DNA of 64,000 nucleotides from Phoronis australis (lineage: Eukaryota > Animalia > Phoronida), in contig NMRA01000012.1 of the NCBI GenBank assembly GCA_002633005.1, positions 886,564 to 950,563 on the forward strand, read 5' to 3'. Shown here in pieces: positions 39,177 through 51,330 of the stretch (within the stretch, counting starts at the first letter, position 1; the number at the start of each line of letters is the position of its first letter). The position numbers and the translations under genes are program-made. The notes beneath the pieces are model-generated. The model saw only the letters and a program-made list of their open reading frames with translations. It was not told where the DNA came from and did no database searches.

Positions 39177-41729
39177 GTGAGTAGTATGAATGTAGCAAAG
39201 CTTCTGTGGAAATAATCTTTTTTAAAAATTCGCCTATTTAGGACATAATATGACAGACTAGCGAAATTTTACTTTGTCATTTTCCTCACAAAAGATGTAT
39301 TGCAGCACCATGTTGGTGCTTTTTAATTTTTAAGTTCTATACCCAGAAATAGGTTTTAGACGCCTTAAAATTGTGTCGCAATCGTGCTTTGTTTTCTGTT
39401 GTACTCAGACTCTAACTCATTGGCGAGGAAGATCACCAGATCAAAACTAATGTGAGTAAGCAAAACAACAAACTTAGAAACACATGAACATATTGTGAAT
39501 GAACAGATCCCAATTAGGGATTTATGTGTTTGGTCAAATGGAAATGTAGTGATCCGTTTACCCCAACCACTTGTCGTATCACACACTTGAAATGCTCCAC
39601 CCTCTCCCCTTTTAAAAATCAAGCCCACGTAAGACATAAAATCTAATTGCAAAGATTTTCAGTTGTACAGAACACTGAACTATCACTAATTTAGGACACA
39701 ACATAGCAGAAGTGGGAAAAATAATTGTTATCTTTTTGATAAAACAAGGGTAACAGCAAATATAACGCTTTAATTGGTAATCATTTTGATTTATTGTGGG
39801 CAATCACATCAATGTTAGTGACTTTGATAAATGAAAAGAATCAAATTTTGACTATTATTTTTGTCTGAAATATGTGAGCCCATGTGTTTTGGGTGTTATC
39901 GAACCTAAGAATCAATATAAACCAATCTAAGAAATGCATAGCATAGGAACTTAGTACTCATTTTAGCCAATTCAAAGATTGTATCTGTCAGGCGTCTATT
40001 AAACTGACATGTTTCAGATGTGTACGATGTCATATGCAGGGACATACTGAGCCGCTCGCCCAGTCGCCAAAGCGAGTAAAAATGGTGCTNCTAACTTGAC
40101 TTGTTCCAGTATGAAATTTGAAATTTCTGTTTAACCTAATTAGTGTTAATAGTAACAAAATGGTAAGCCACTTTCGTTACTGTGTACCAAACAAGTGATG
40201 ATGTGCCGAAAACATTCTAGTCGTTTTTCTAATAACCTCGGTATTTTACAGGAGTAACTGTGATGGTACGGCAGCTGAAAAGTTACGACAACACTACAAA
40301 CGACCGTACTTCCTTCCTAATGTGTCCGAATCAAGTAGGACGGACTGGATATTTATGGGGAGTCCAGGTCATGGGGCACACATGCATGTGAGTAGTATGA
40401 ATGTAGCAAAGCTTCTGTGGAAATAATCTTTTTTAAAAATTCGCCTATTTAGGACATAATATGACAGACTAGCGAAATTTTATTTTGTCATTTTCCTCAC
40501 AAAAGATGTATTGTAGCACCATGTTGGTGCTTTTTAATTTTTAAGTTCTATACCCAGAAATAGGTTTTAGACGCCTTAAAATTGTGTCGCAATCGTGCTT
40601 TGTTTTGTGTTGTACTCAGACTCTAACTCATTGGCGAGGAAGATCACCAGATCAAAACTAATGTGAGTAAGCAAAACAACAAACTTAGAAACATATGAAC
40701 ATATTGTGAATGAACAGATCCCAATTAGGGATTTATGTGTTTGGTCAAATGGAAATGTAGTGATCCGTTTACCCCAACCACTTGTCGTATCACACACTTG
40801 AAATGCTCCACCCTCTCCCCTTTTAAAAATCAAGCCCACGTAAGACATAAAATCTAATTGCAAAGATTTTCAGTTGTACAGAACACTGAACTATCACTAA
40901 TTTAGGACACAACATAGCAGAAGTGGGAAAAATAATTGTTATCTTTTTGATAAAACAAGGGTAACAGCAAATATAACGCTTTAATTGGTAATCATTTTGA
41001 TTTATTGTGGGCAATCACATCAATGTTAGTGACTTTGATAAATGAAAAGAATCAAATTTTGACTATTATTTTTGTCTGAAATATGTGAGCCCATGTGTTT
41101 TGGGTGTTATCGAACCTAAGAATCAATATAAACCAATCTAAGAAATGCATAGCATAGGAACTTAGTACTCATTTTAGCGAATTCAAAGATTGTATCTGTC
41201 AGGCGTCTATTAAACTGACATGTTTCAGATGTGTACGATGTCATATGCAGGGACATACTGAGCCGCTCGCCCAGTCGCCAAAGCGAGTAAAAATGGTGCT
41301 AGGCGAGTAGAAGTTGACTTGTCGGTCGCCCAGGTGGCGAGCGAATTTTTTGTGCGCAAAAGCGCTATATCGTTTCCCAGATGAAAATGAATAAATTTCT
41401 CCTCCTCGTGCTGTTTTTATCATTAATTTAAGATTCAGTTTGGTCAACGTCTCGATGCTCCGGCTGTAAAAAACATCGGCGCTGTGCAATCCTACCGACT
41501 CAGTTGATGTCACCCATTACGCGATTCTCCTAGACTAAAGATCACGTTGTGTGGTCGTGCACAAAGGAGTTTGTGGACTAGTCCGAAAGGAAGAAAAGAA
41601 GAAAAGGGGGTAAAGGCGGAAGACCGGTCCAAGTGAAGTACCATATTTCCAGGAACTGATTTCTTATTGTAATGTACAATGTCATTTTAACCAAAATCAT
41701 TTTATAAATAATAACATTCGTCCTAATTA

Positions 41730-42343
41730 AGCTGCTGGTAAGATGTGAATTTTAATCGAAGCCTTAGTGAATCACTCAGAAACTCTTTAATTCTCTCTTT
41801 GCCAAACCCTAACTTAAGACTATTTCCAAAGCAATCCCGTCATTATTGCCAACACGAAAAACGGATTTGGTCTTTTGAGCATTTGAAGACTACTTTAAAT
41901 ACAACAAATTTGTTAACAACCGATTGCACAAAATATAAAACGTTTAATAAGCATTACATAAAGAAGTAGGTTTCGCGCGCAAACGCTGTGGACCATAAAG
42001 AAGTAGGTCTCTTAGTTAAAGGTCATTAGTGAAGTCGTGGTGGTGTAGTGGTAAAGCACGCGCGTCCTAACAGCCAGTTCTTGAGTTCGACTCTGTGAGT
42101 TCGAGTCTGTGGAACTCGCAGTTTTTCCTATGTGCCTTTTTTCTTGGATTATACATCAGAAATCAAGGAAAATGCTTGATTTTTAGAGGAAAAAACAGAA
42201 AAATTTTCTGGGCGGGGGGGCAAACCCCCCTCCCGACCTCCCCCCATTCGGTGCTATGCGCATCTACAATCGTGCTTTGCGCAAATGCTTACAGCCGGAC
42301 AAAATGTTGGGCCCCCCCTTGTGATATCCTAGATCCGCCACTG
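41730..42343 (-). mobile_element. second copy of the 21471-22027 repeat, containing a tRNA-like A/B-box cassette
   Basis: Reverse-complement homology. A box TGGTGTAGTGG at 42041-42051, two B-box-like motifs at 42083-42093 and 42097-42107, and a T-run at 42122. Confidence 0.75.
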
Positions 42344-42953
42344 TAGCACGCGCTCATACGTCCTCGGTGCCCGGTCAATTACCTTTATTTCACCTGAAGC
42401 CGGTAACACAGTGGTTTATTCATTGTTGGATTCTCAAAACATTTGCACTTACGAATGCTTCAAAGGTATTATAAATTGTATCTAATGAGACAGACTTTGT
42501 TCCAGTTTTATATAAGCATTGGCTAGGGTGAGAATAATTAATTTTGAAACAGAACGCAGAATAATAAACGTCAACATGGCAACTCGCATTCCCGACTGAG
42601 ACGAGAGCTCATGTGACCAAGACTTCGCAGGTGGATCGTTAAATTTCACAGGCTATCACTTTGAACCGGAATAGGCAAAAAATCATGACTACAGAGGCAC
42701 CGTGAAGATGCACAGGCGACGGAACGTATTGATAGTTCTTTGGTGAGCCGGCATTCGTCAGACTCACTGTCGACGACTGCTGGCCAGAGGAGATTTTTCA
42801 CTACTGCGAGCCACTTCCTAAGCATTTCGGGCTCTCGAGTGAGTCGAAAAAACGATATACCCGCTTTTCTCGCAGCTGCATAGGTTGGACAAGCAGGAAC
42901 GATGCACCGCAACATAGCGGCATTCACTCTGCAAATGAACCACTGACGTCGCT
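42344..42953 (-). mobile_element. internal fragment of Kolobok-like family A
   Basis: Colinear with 18297-18945. THAP remnant MLRCIVPACPTY...FFRLTREPEMLRKWL; termini are missing. Confidence 0.8.
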
Positions 42954-44712
42954 GGATTAATACAGAGTAAAATTATTTAGGACTTACATGTACGAGATTT
43001 GTTGATTGTGTTTAAAAAATTTTGATTGTTATCATATAAAAAGCCACTGGTGCTAGCGCATGCGTTGTACGTTACTGACTGTGTAGTGTCAGTGTTTGCC
43101 AATAGGGGCAACATAACTTTCCAATATTCATGAATCCTTTGGAGACACATCCGTTTGTAGAAATAGTCTCCTGTATTTTTTCCTGAAGTAATTCTGGGAT
43201 ATCGAAATACATGGCAGGGCTGAACCTAAGTGAGCAAATGCTTGGAAAAAGTGGAAGAAGTAAAATACAACTAGAAAATTGACCTCACTTGTGCGGGCGC
43301 GGAGCAGACCGGCATTGGCGTTTTTTGCCGACGTTGACCCTCCTTTTATGGTCATTGCAGTTCATTGCCAGCAACCACATCTCTGGCTCTAGACCTGGCG
43401 ATCAATGTTCTCCATGACCTGTTATTTTAAGAAATCATGTGTCCTCATTAAATACCATTTAAACATTCGAACAGCCTGAGTGTGGAAACTTAATCGTTGA
43501 GACGGAGTGTCGCCCTCGTTACCCATGACCTTTTAAAGTGAAGCATACAGACTGGAAGTTTAAAGGATTTCCTGCTACCATGCGAACGTTAAATCGGAAC
43601 TTTTTAACCAACATGTGCATTCGAGTAGCCAAGTACGCAATTTGAAATAGGAGAAAATACACGATAAATAACTAGCTACCAAAATTCTGGGACCGACTTG
43701 GTCAAACTTAATTACAACTTGAACCATCAAGAAACTTCGTTGTCAAAATACTTCTGCTAGGCGTTGTATGCCGAATGACGTATTGATGTGCGAGAATGAT
43801 TCAGTGCAAATTTCGCAGTCATGATGGCATTTCACGGCTTTGCATTGCTCTTGTTTAGTGATTGCTCATAGTCAGTATGTCGACATATTGTGAGCCATGT
43901 GTTGTGCTGCATTGGACGAGACCACCTGAGTCTCTTTGGGATGTTGTCTTGTATTTACATGAGTATCACTTCACTTGTAAATGAGTGCACCTCTGCACTT
44001 TGTGTTGCTGGTGAGATAATTAGAGTAATTTATTGTACTTTTGTGTTGTGCTGCGTGCACAGAATTTTGATTAAATGTAGTTAGCTTCTTTTTTGCACAA
44101 AATTTAGTCAATTGTCTTCCCTTGGATGCCAGTGAGTGCAAAACGAGGTACTAAAATGTTTGAATATTTTTGGCAACGAAAGTGGGTTTTGGAAAAATAA
44201 AAAGAAGGTAATTTCAGCAGTTAGTTTGAAAAAATTAAGTAGTTGCTACTATTTCGGGCTGTATTGAATAAAGTCGTTGTTTTCTGAATTGGACGAGACC
44301 ACCTGAGTCTCTGTAGGATGTTATCTTGTATTTACAAGGGTATCACTTTAGCTCTAAAAATTTCACTTGTGAGTGCACCTCTGTGCTTTGTGTTGCTGGT
44401 GAGATAATTTGTTATACTTTGGGCCAACTCCCACATTGTATAAACACCAATGAAATAAAACTTGAAATTGGTGTACTGTGGTCTGAATGTCGTGATTGAC
44501 TGCAAAATAAAGGAAGAGACAGTTCACTTTTTGTGAACTGGAACAATAATCTTTTACAGAGATTTTGGATTCTGAAAACTACTTTGACTTTGTTAATCAG
44601 TAGAGAAAACTGGTTCTCAGATTGCGGGTCCCCTGTATGAGACTATTAATTATCAGCATGCCATTCTAGTTTAAAAAAGGGCGGATGCGTCAACTGTCTT
44701 CTTAAATTTCAG

Positions 44713-44851
44713 ATTGATCTTCTTATGAATCCCTCGTGGCAGGCGCAAATCACGGGACGGAAAATGTGGATCCTGGAACCACCGTCTGAATGTTATTTTG
44801 AGTGTCAGTCTGCCAGTCATATGGAGACAGTACTGTTGCCAGGTGATATTA
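44713..44851 (+). CDS. JmjC protein coding exon 3
   Basis: TTTCAG|IDLLMNPSWQAQITGRKMWILEPPSECYFECQSASHMETVLLPGDI-A|GTAAGT. Completes the H-I-D metal-binding motif across the junction. Confidence 0.9.
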
Positions 44852-46321
44852 GTAAGTACAGGCCTTTGTAATAGTAAATATGGTGACAACAATTCTAAAA
44901 GAATGACAGTATTACCAAGATCAGGTAATATAATGTAATTGGTTCTGGTCTGTTTTCTTTGAATATTGATGCTGCAGTGATGCAGTACATTTTTACCTGT
45001 CTTTATTAATAAAGAAAAAGTCATGTGATGCCACCTGAAATGAGTCGGGATACTTTTTGTCCCAGCTTCATCTAATGCCAGCTGAATTGGGTTGGGATCC
45101 TTTTTAATCAACGAGGTTCTGGTTTTAAGAAGAGTTTTTGTCCTAATGCACACTGTAATAAAATTCTCACAAAGCGAAAATAGAAAGATCGGATTAAAAA
45201 TCATTTGAAATAATAATTGTAATGTGAATTTGAAAGAACTAACTTTAGAGGGAACAACACAGTGTTGAAATGAGAAGTGGAGTACCAAATTTTTTTATTA
45301 AAAATTTTGGATGTCGGCAGTTGCGTATGTTATTTGACTCTGTTGTCTCCGGTTTGCTTTGATTAAATTTAGGACAGTTCAGTCCAAAATGCTTGTGAAT
45401 GAACTGACGTATGAAGTTGGTTGTTTTGACTTGACCTTAAAACTGTTGTATTATGCATCAGCTGTACTCCTTATGCTATGGTACGTTGTTGTCCCCCGCC
45501 GCACGTTAACTAGAGCGAAACGTGGGACACAGTATTCTCGTTCGTAGCACAATGTTGACACGATATCCAGTTTTTATTCATATTTTGTACTGAAGTGTAG
45601 GTGGGACATCTCCAGGTTGCAGTCAGTTATGGTGACCTTGGCATCATTCCCAAGATCACAGTGAAAAAATCAAGTTCTTACCTAGAAAAATATCTCCTGA
45701 AAGAAGTTGTAGTTTTGTTCATATATTTTGCCAAAGCGACCTTGACATCATTTTCATGGTCACCATGGGAAAATAAAGCTTTTATATAAGAAAATGTTCT
45801 AGGTGTAATATCTGTAGAAATAAGGTGAGCACTTCTTTACATTGTGTGTTGGTGGGATGTCTCCAGTTGCCAATGGATTTTGGAAACATTGAGCTCATTT
45901 TCAAAGTCACTGTGAGATATGAATCAAGTTTACGTTCTTAGTGCGACATCTCCAGAAAGATGCTGAGGTCTTTCTTTCTTTTATGCAGATGTATAGCCGT
46001 CAGTCAGTTTTGGTGACCTTGATTTGATTTTCAAGGTCACAGTGAGAAAAGTAAGTTTGTACGTGAAAAATGTTGGCGCAGTATCCCGAGAAGGAAGCTT
46101 TGGACTTTGTGGTCATATCTTGTACTGATGTATTGGCTGATCATTTGGAGGCGCTAATCGATTTTGGTGACCTTGACATGATTTTCAAAGTCACAACACG
46201 AAAATAATTTTTTATGTGGAAAATGTGGTCTTGATATCTCAAGAAGGAAGCTGTAGGTGTTGCATTTGTGGTTGTGGAGAACAATTTAGTCGCTCTGTGA
46301 CAAATGCTTGTTCTGTTTTAG

Positions 46322-46407
46322 TTGTGGTAGCTACTAATGTCTGGGTACACGGGACGAGAGTGCTTGGAGATGACATCAGCATCAGCATTGGGTCTGAATT
46401 TGACTGA
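46322..46407 (+). CDS. JmjC protein coding exon 4 (terminal)
   Basis: TTTTAG|(I)VVATNVWVHGTRVLGDDISISIGSEFD*, with the distal His in WVH. The four exons sum to 1008 nt, in frame. Confidence 0.88.
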
Positions 46408-47069
46408 GCTGCTCCTGGTGAAAGGATGTATCTTCAGTTGTGGTCACTCTCATTGAATTTCTACCATTTCAGTGTTACATGGGCGGCGCAGGATAGGGGG
46501 CTGGGAGCTATAGCCCCCACTTTTTTCAGTGCTCCGGCGCACATGGTCTATGGGCAGTGTACCACAGGGGGGCTGGGGGGCTATAGCCCCCACTTTTTTC
46601 AGTGCTGCGCCTCAAATGTGTTACGTATTTTCAAGCTGAAATCACGAACTTCAAACCGGTACAAAATCAAGTTTGCAAGTAATCCTGTTATGCAACCTAT
46701 GATCTCTATTCGACACATTGTGTCATCATGTTTAATTAAGAACAACAATTTATTGTATTTATCAACCAAAACAAAGGGTTCCAATGATAAAGAACAAAAA
46801 CATTGTTTTTCAAAGATGTTGTTACATGGTGCTTTAAACAATTATTTTCAAATAGTTATTTTTATTGAACATATTTTCATTTTTCCATTTACGAAATGAT
46901 CCGTATTTGTTCATAAAATAAATATTCTAATTTCCAAAACTTTTAATTTGTTTCTAATCAGGGAGGAAATGTATACTGAATTTCTTGGAAAAATGATTTC
47001 TGTTGTACAGATTTTAGACATGTTCTGCTATATCATTCCAGTAGCAAATAGTTTGGGTTTTGGTATTAA

Positions 47070-48980
47070 AGGAAAATGCCACCCGATTTAACACGTCTTT
47101 TTTACCGTATTAATCGGTCTATATCCACATCACCTCGTATACGGTCGATCTTACCTTGCCGAGAGGTGTCGTGATGAAGGTGAGAAACGATGCAGCGTCG
47201 TCATTGGTTCTTCAGCAGAGTGAGTGCCGCTATGGTGTGGTGTAAGGTTTCCGCTTGTTTGAACTATGAAGCTGTGAGGAAAGCGGTATATCGTTTTTCC
47301 GATTTCCTCGAGAGCCCATCATGCTTCGGAAGTGGCTCGCAGTAGTGAAGAATGAAAAGTACTCCGTTAATGCCAAGTATGAGGCCGTGAATCTTCTCCG
47401 TGTCTGCCAGTGGCCTGCATTTCGTCGGATCGGTTGTTGATCAGTTTTTGAGAATTGTAGTAGGCCATGAAAACATAAACAATTAAATTAATTCAAGGCG
47501 TGAGAACATAATGTTTTATGTAACCTGTTCGTGAGGCTTCTGTTTGATCTTTCGGGTGTAGGATGTTTTTTCTAGTTCTTTTTTCAGCCTTAAAAAATCT
47601 TGTAAGCACACCTTTCTTAGATGCGGTGTAAAATCAGGATCGTCCGTGAGACACATCTGCGCTTCTCCAAGAAGGCGTTTCTCTTGCGGAATTTCGTGGC
47701 AGCAAAGGCAAACGTCAGTCGTTTCCATTATCGTACAGGTAGCTCACTGACAGTACCATGACAAGTTTAAACGGTTTTCGGAACTATCCATATGTTCCCT
47801 TGTCTGTGCACGTTTACGGCGCCTCTCTATTATTTCTTGATCAGTGTATTCCTGTGAAACCTAACAGTCGCCCTGTGAAGACTTCGTCGGATTAGCACTC
47901 GTCTTGGTCGGGATTGCGAGATGCCACGTTGACGTTTGTATTGTGCTTCTGTTTCAAAATGAATTATTTTTACCCTAACCAATGCTTATATAAAACTAAA
48001 ACAAAGTCTCATTAGATACAATTTACAATGCCTTGGAGTGCTCGTGAGTGCAAATGTTTTTAGAAGCCAGCAGTGAATGAATCACTGTGTTACCGGCTTT
48101 AGATGCAATAAACTAATTGTCCGGGCACGAGGCCGAGTGAGCGCATGCTAATTCAGTGTTTGCTGACACGAAGCTGTTGTGAATAACTCGATTTTATATT
48201 CTATGGTCAGATGTTAGGGGATCGAATCGCTGTGTACTGTATAGGTTTTGCCCTGACGGTTCTGTAGAATGGCAACCTGACTTCGCGGCTCCCGTCGAGC
48301 TAATAGATTTGCAGTTTCGCTGCTAATTCACGAAAATAATGAAGTGCACATTTTTTTGGCTCACTAGTATAGTCTTTTCATGACTAGAAGTTTAGTTGCC
48401 AATTTTGGGTGGTTTATGTTCGTGATGTCTTCAGTCCGGCAGCGATGGGCCTGCATTGGGCTCCGACTGAGCCAGTGGCCGTGATAACAACCGTTATGTG
48501 TGTTTAGAACTGAAAATCCCAAGCCTAAAATTACAACACGCAGCTGTGTTCTCCTGTCTGTATTTCACGGACGAATAATTTGAATTTATCACCGAGCAGA
48601 CCCCAAACTCCCGCGACCGACCTTGGCCGTTAAATTGGGCTACCTTACTTTGTAGGCTACAACCGTTCAAATACTAAAGTCCGTAACTACGAAATAAAAT
48701 AACAAGTTTGCTCAATAACTCGATGTATTTGTAAAGGTTTTACATCGAATTTTGATGATTTATTGGTGTAAAACAATGAATTCAAGCGAGAAGCTGACAC
48801 CAGTATGCGTGTTGTGTACTGCTGAACAGACTGCATTCGAACCTCTGACGTTATTGCTTAATTTTAACACCTCCGTCTGCCGTCAGGTTTCAGGTAAAAG
48901 GGCTGTACTTGCTCTTATCGAGTGGAACTACTGGATCAAAATTGAAACAAAATAGGCTGTTTGATGGGCGGCATTCTCCT
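47070..48980 (+). mobile_element. Kolobok-like family A, copy 4 (longest), with THAP and KolX/P2X7-C-terminal-like remnants
   Basis: TTAA|AGGAAAATGCCACCC ... GGGCGGCATTCTCCT|TTAA. The minus strand 47791-47520 reads RLNLSWYCQ*ATCTIMETTDVCLCCHEIP...CLTDDPDF. Confidence 0.9.
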
Positions 48981-49842
48981 TTAAACGTATTTCATGTAGT
49001 GATGAACGTAACTGTAGCCATTTATGTTCTCAAATATTCAAATATTTTGTGCCATAGATTAGTGAAACTAAAGTAGTATTCACATCACTGTTGCCTAAAA
49101 TTTTGTAGCAACGTCTCTGTATAGGTTCATCAAGTAGAAACCACTAATGTACTTTGTGTGCTCATGTGGTTAAATAGTTGATAACTTAATATTGTACCTA
49201 TTTTAGTAACAAAATTGTTTTAACAAAATAAGTATTTAAATTGAGATAAGTTTCCAACTTATGAATCGTCCTGAGATGTTTATTTGTTCAATAGCTCAAT
49301 AATTAAGTCATGCGTTAAACGTTTTTCAATATCCATGAAGTTTGAAATGGACAGAAAATTTTATTTCATGTGGATTGTGATGTTTTTGTTTTTGCATTGT
49401 ACGGTATTAATCTAACTAGGCTTCTCTTTGTAACCACTCTCTATGTCAGAGGCCCGGGGTCTGAGGTCGTGATCTTTTAGAAAAGCCGAGCTATTTATTG
49501 TCAAATAATGCTTTTACTCAAAACCAATTGAAAATTTAAACAAAATGGAAAGAAAGTGAATCTATAAATGAAGGTTTAGCAACTATTATAGCTTACTACA
49601 CATTTTATCACGCGAAGCTTCGATCGAGAAAACATCGTCTGCTAAAGTAGGTTAACACTGGTAACTGAGTATAATGCTCAAGTCGAAGGATCCCGACGAC
49701 ACGATACCCAAATAAAATTGGAGTACGGTGATTTACAAGTGAGAGAAAATGAGGAATAAATTTCATTGAATTAAAATATCGTTTTTATGAAAATTATGCG
49801 TCTTATTTTTCATAGCGTATTGATGTCGGTTCGATGACGTCA

Positions 49843-49915
49843 GCCGCTGAATGGTGCAGTGGTAAAAAGTCGACGACTCGAAACTCTTGCGGACCGGGGT
49901 CGAAACCGGCCTTCA
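49843..49915 (+). ncRNA. tRNA-derived head (degenerate)
   Basis: A box TGGTGCAGTGG at 49852-49862, GACTCGAA, and B-box-like GGGTCGAAACC at 49897-49907. Confidence 0.45.
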
Positions 49916-50461
49916 TTCCCGCCAAATGTAACTCACTCGTGAGATAACTAAATGGGTTATTACACGGTTGTATTGGCCATTCGAGACTGATATTGTGGTA
50001 AAATATTTACTACGAACAGGAAACACAATTAATGAAAAATTTGCAAATGCTGTTGGTATTCATAAGTGGGGCACTGTTGTTGCAAGATGAGTATTGCACC
50101 AAAATACATTCGATGAGCGATAGGCCTAACTGTATGGTGTTATGTATTTAGTGTCTTCAGGAAATGCTCAACACAATTAAGTACCGTTTCTTAAATATGA
50201 CACAATCCTCTTCTCTCCATCCGGGCTTTCCTAGATGTTTCCAAGTTATCACAAATTTATCCCTCTTGTCATTCAACCATTTTAAGCCCGGACAAGTTCC
50301 CCTGTCCAACTGTTCTTCTAGCCATGGTCGCAGTAACTGTGTTGCAAACAGTCAATTGTTTCAGATATATTAGTATTATCATTAAATAATAAAACAAAAT
50401 AAAGTGACTCATCAGCGCTTATTATAAGGGTTTGTCGGAGATGTGAACCATGCAGGCGCGC

Positions 50462-50598
50462 GTTCCGTAGACGCGAGAACTTCAACGCAAGATTACCAAA
50501 GACGGTCTCTTATGTCTCACAAGACTTCGCGAGATATCGCCATACATCGCAAGAGAAGCACTACCGTATAAATTTCGGGATTCCTGAGTCTACGGAAC
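50462..50598. mobile_element. small MITE with GTTCCGTAGAC/GTCTACGGAAC TIRs
   Basis: 11-bp perfect inverted termini; related copies at about 56712-56828 and 23688-23802. Confidence 0.55.
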
Positions 50599-50663
50599 TG
50601 TGTATTGAGACTTGCTGCATGAAGGCTGGCGTCAAGATACAGCTGGGAATCGAATTGTGTTAA

Positions 50664-51330
50664 AGGCGAAGGCAACCCTTTTTCATGTCATTTTTAGCAA
50701 AAATAAGGTTCGTTGATGATCCCAGACATATTTTTCACTTAATAACTGCTTTTCGTTATTTAATTAATTATTCGTTCTCTACTGCGAAAGTGACATTTTT
50801 GGAGGCAAGAATTTCGCGCCAATTTCTTTTCATATAGTCTGACCGTCAGAGAGCTGTCGAGTCAGTCATTGTTCTACCTCGGTTGTGATAAGTTCGGTCG
50901 TCGTTTGCTGTTGTTTACATGTCAGTCAACAAGCCACACTGTTGCTGCATACCGGGATGTACTCATTACCGCTCACAGCCTGTAAGCAGCCCTGCTGAGA
51001 TGTTGCGCAGTGGGAGTGAATACAGGCCCAGCTCGACCCCCAGTGAACAGGACAGTTTGTCGTTCAATGAACAGATCGGTAAGCCAAACTTTGATAAGTT
51101 TATTGTGGACTTGTCTAAAGTGTTGGGTCTATTTAGAAGGTGCCAGGTGTGTGGAAAGGAGTCACACGGCGGGATGTAAGCAGTTTGTATACTCAGGTCG
51201 CTATCCAGTGGGATTGTGTCGTGGGACGCTCGGGCAAGTGGGACAGTTGTTCCTCTGTCCGTGAGACGATAATGAGTACATCCCGGTACGCAGCAACAGT
51301 GTGGCATGTTGACTGACTCGTAAACAAAAG
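50664..51330 (+). mobile_element. Kolobok-like family B fold-back deletion derivative (runs into a gap)
   Basis: TTAA|AGGCGAAGGCAACC terminus. The THAP start (PHCCCIPGCTHYR) occurs on + at about 50935 and again inverted at 51260-51328. The interior encodes KFIVDLSKVLGLFRRCQVCG. Confidence 0.8.

Noticed and set aside
40252-40387. Duplicate JmjC exon 2 as a mutually exclusive alternative exon
   Set aside because: Same peptide with only synonymous differences, the flanking intron is duplicated too, and the blocks meet at a single 'n' (40090). Likely an assembly artefact.
44671-45288. 205-aa minus-strand ORF
   Set aside because: Antisense to JmjC exon 3 and its intron, with no recognisable motifs.
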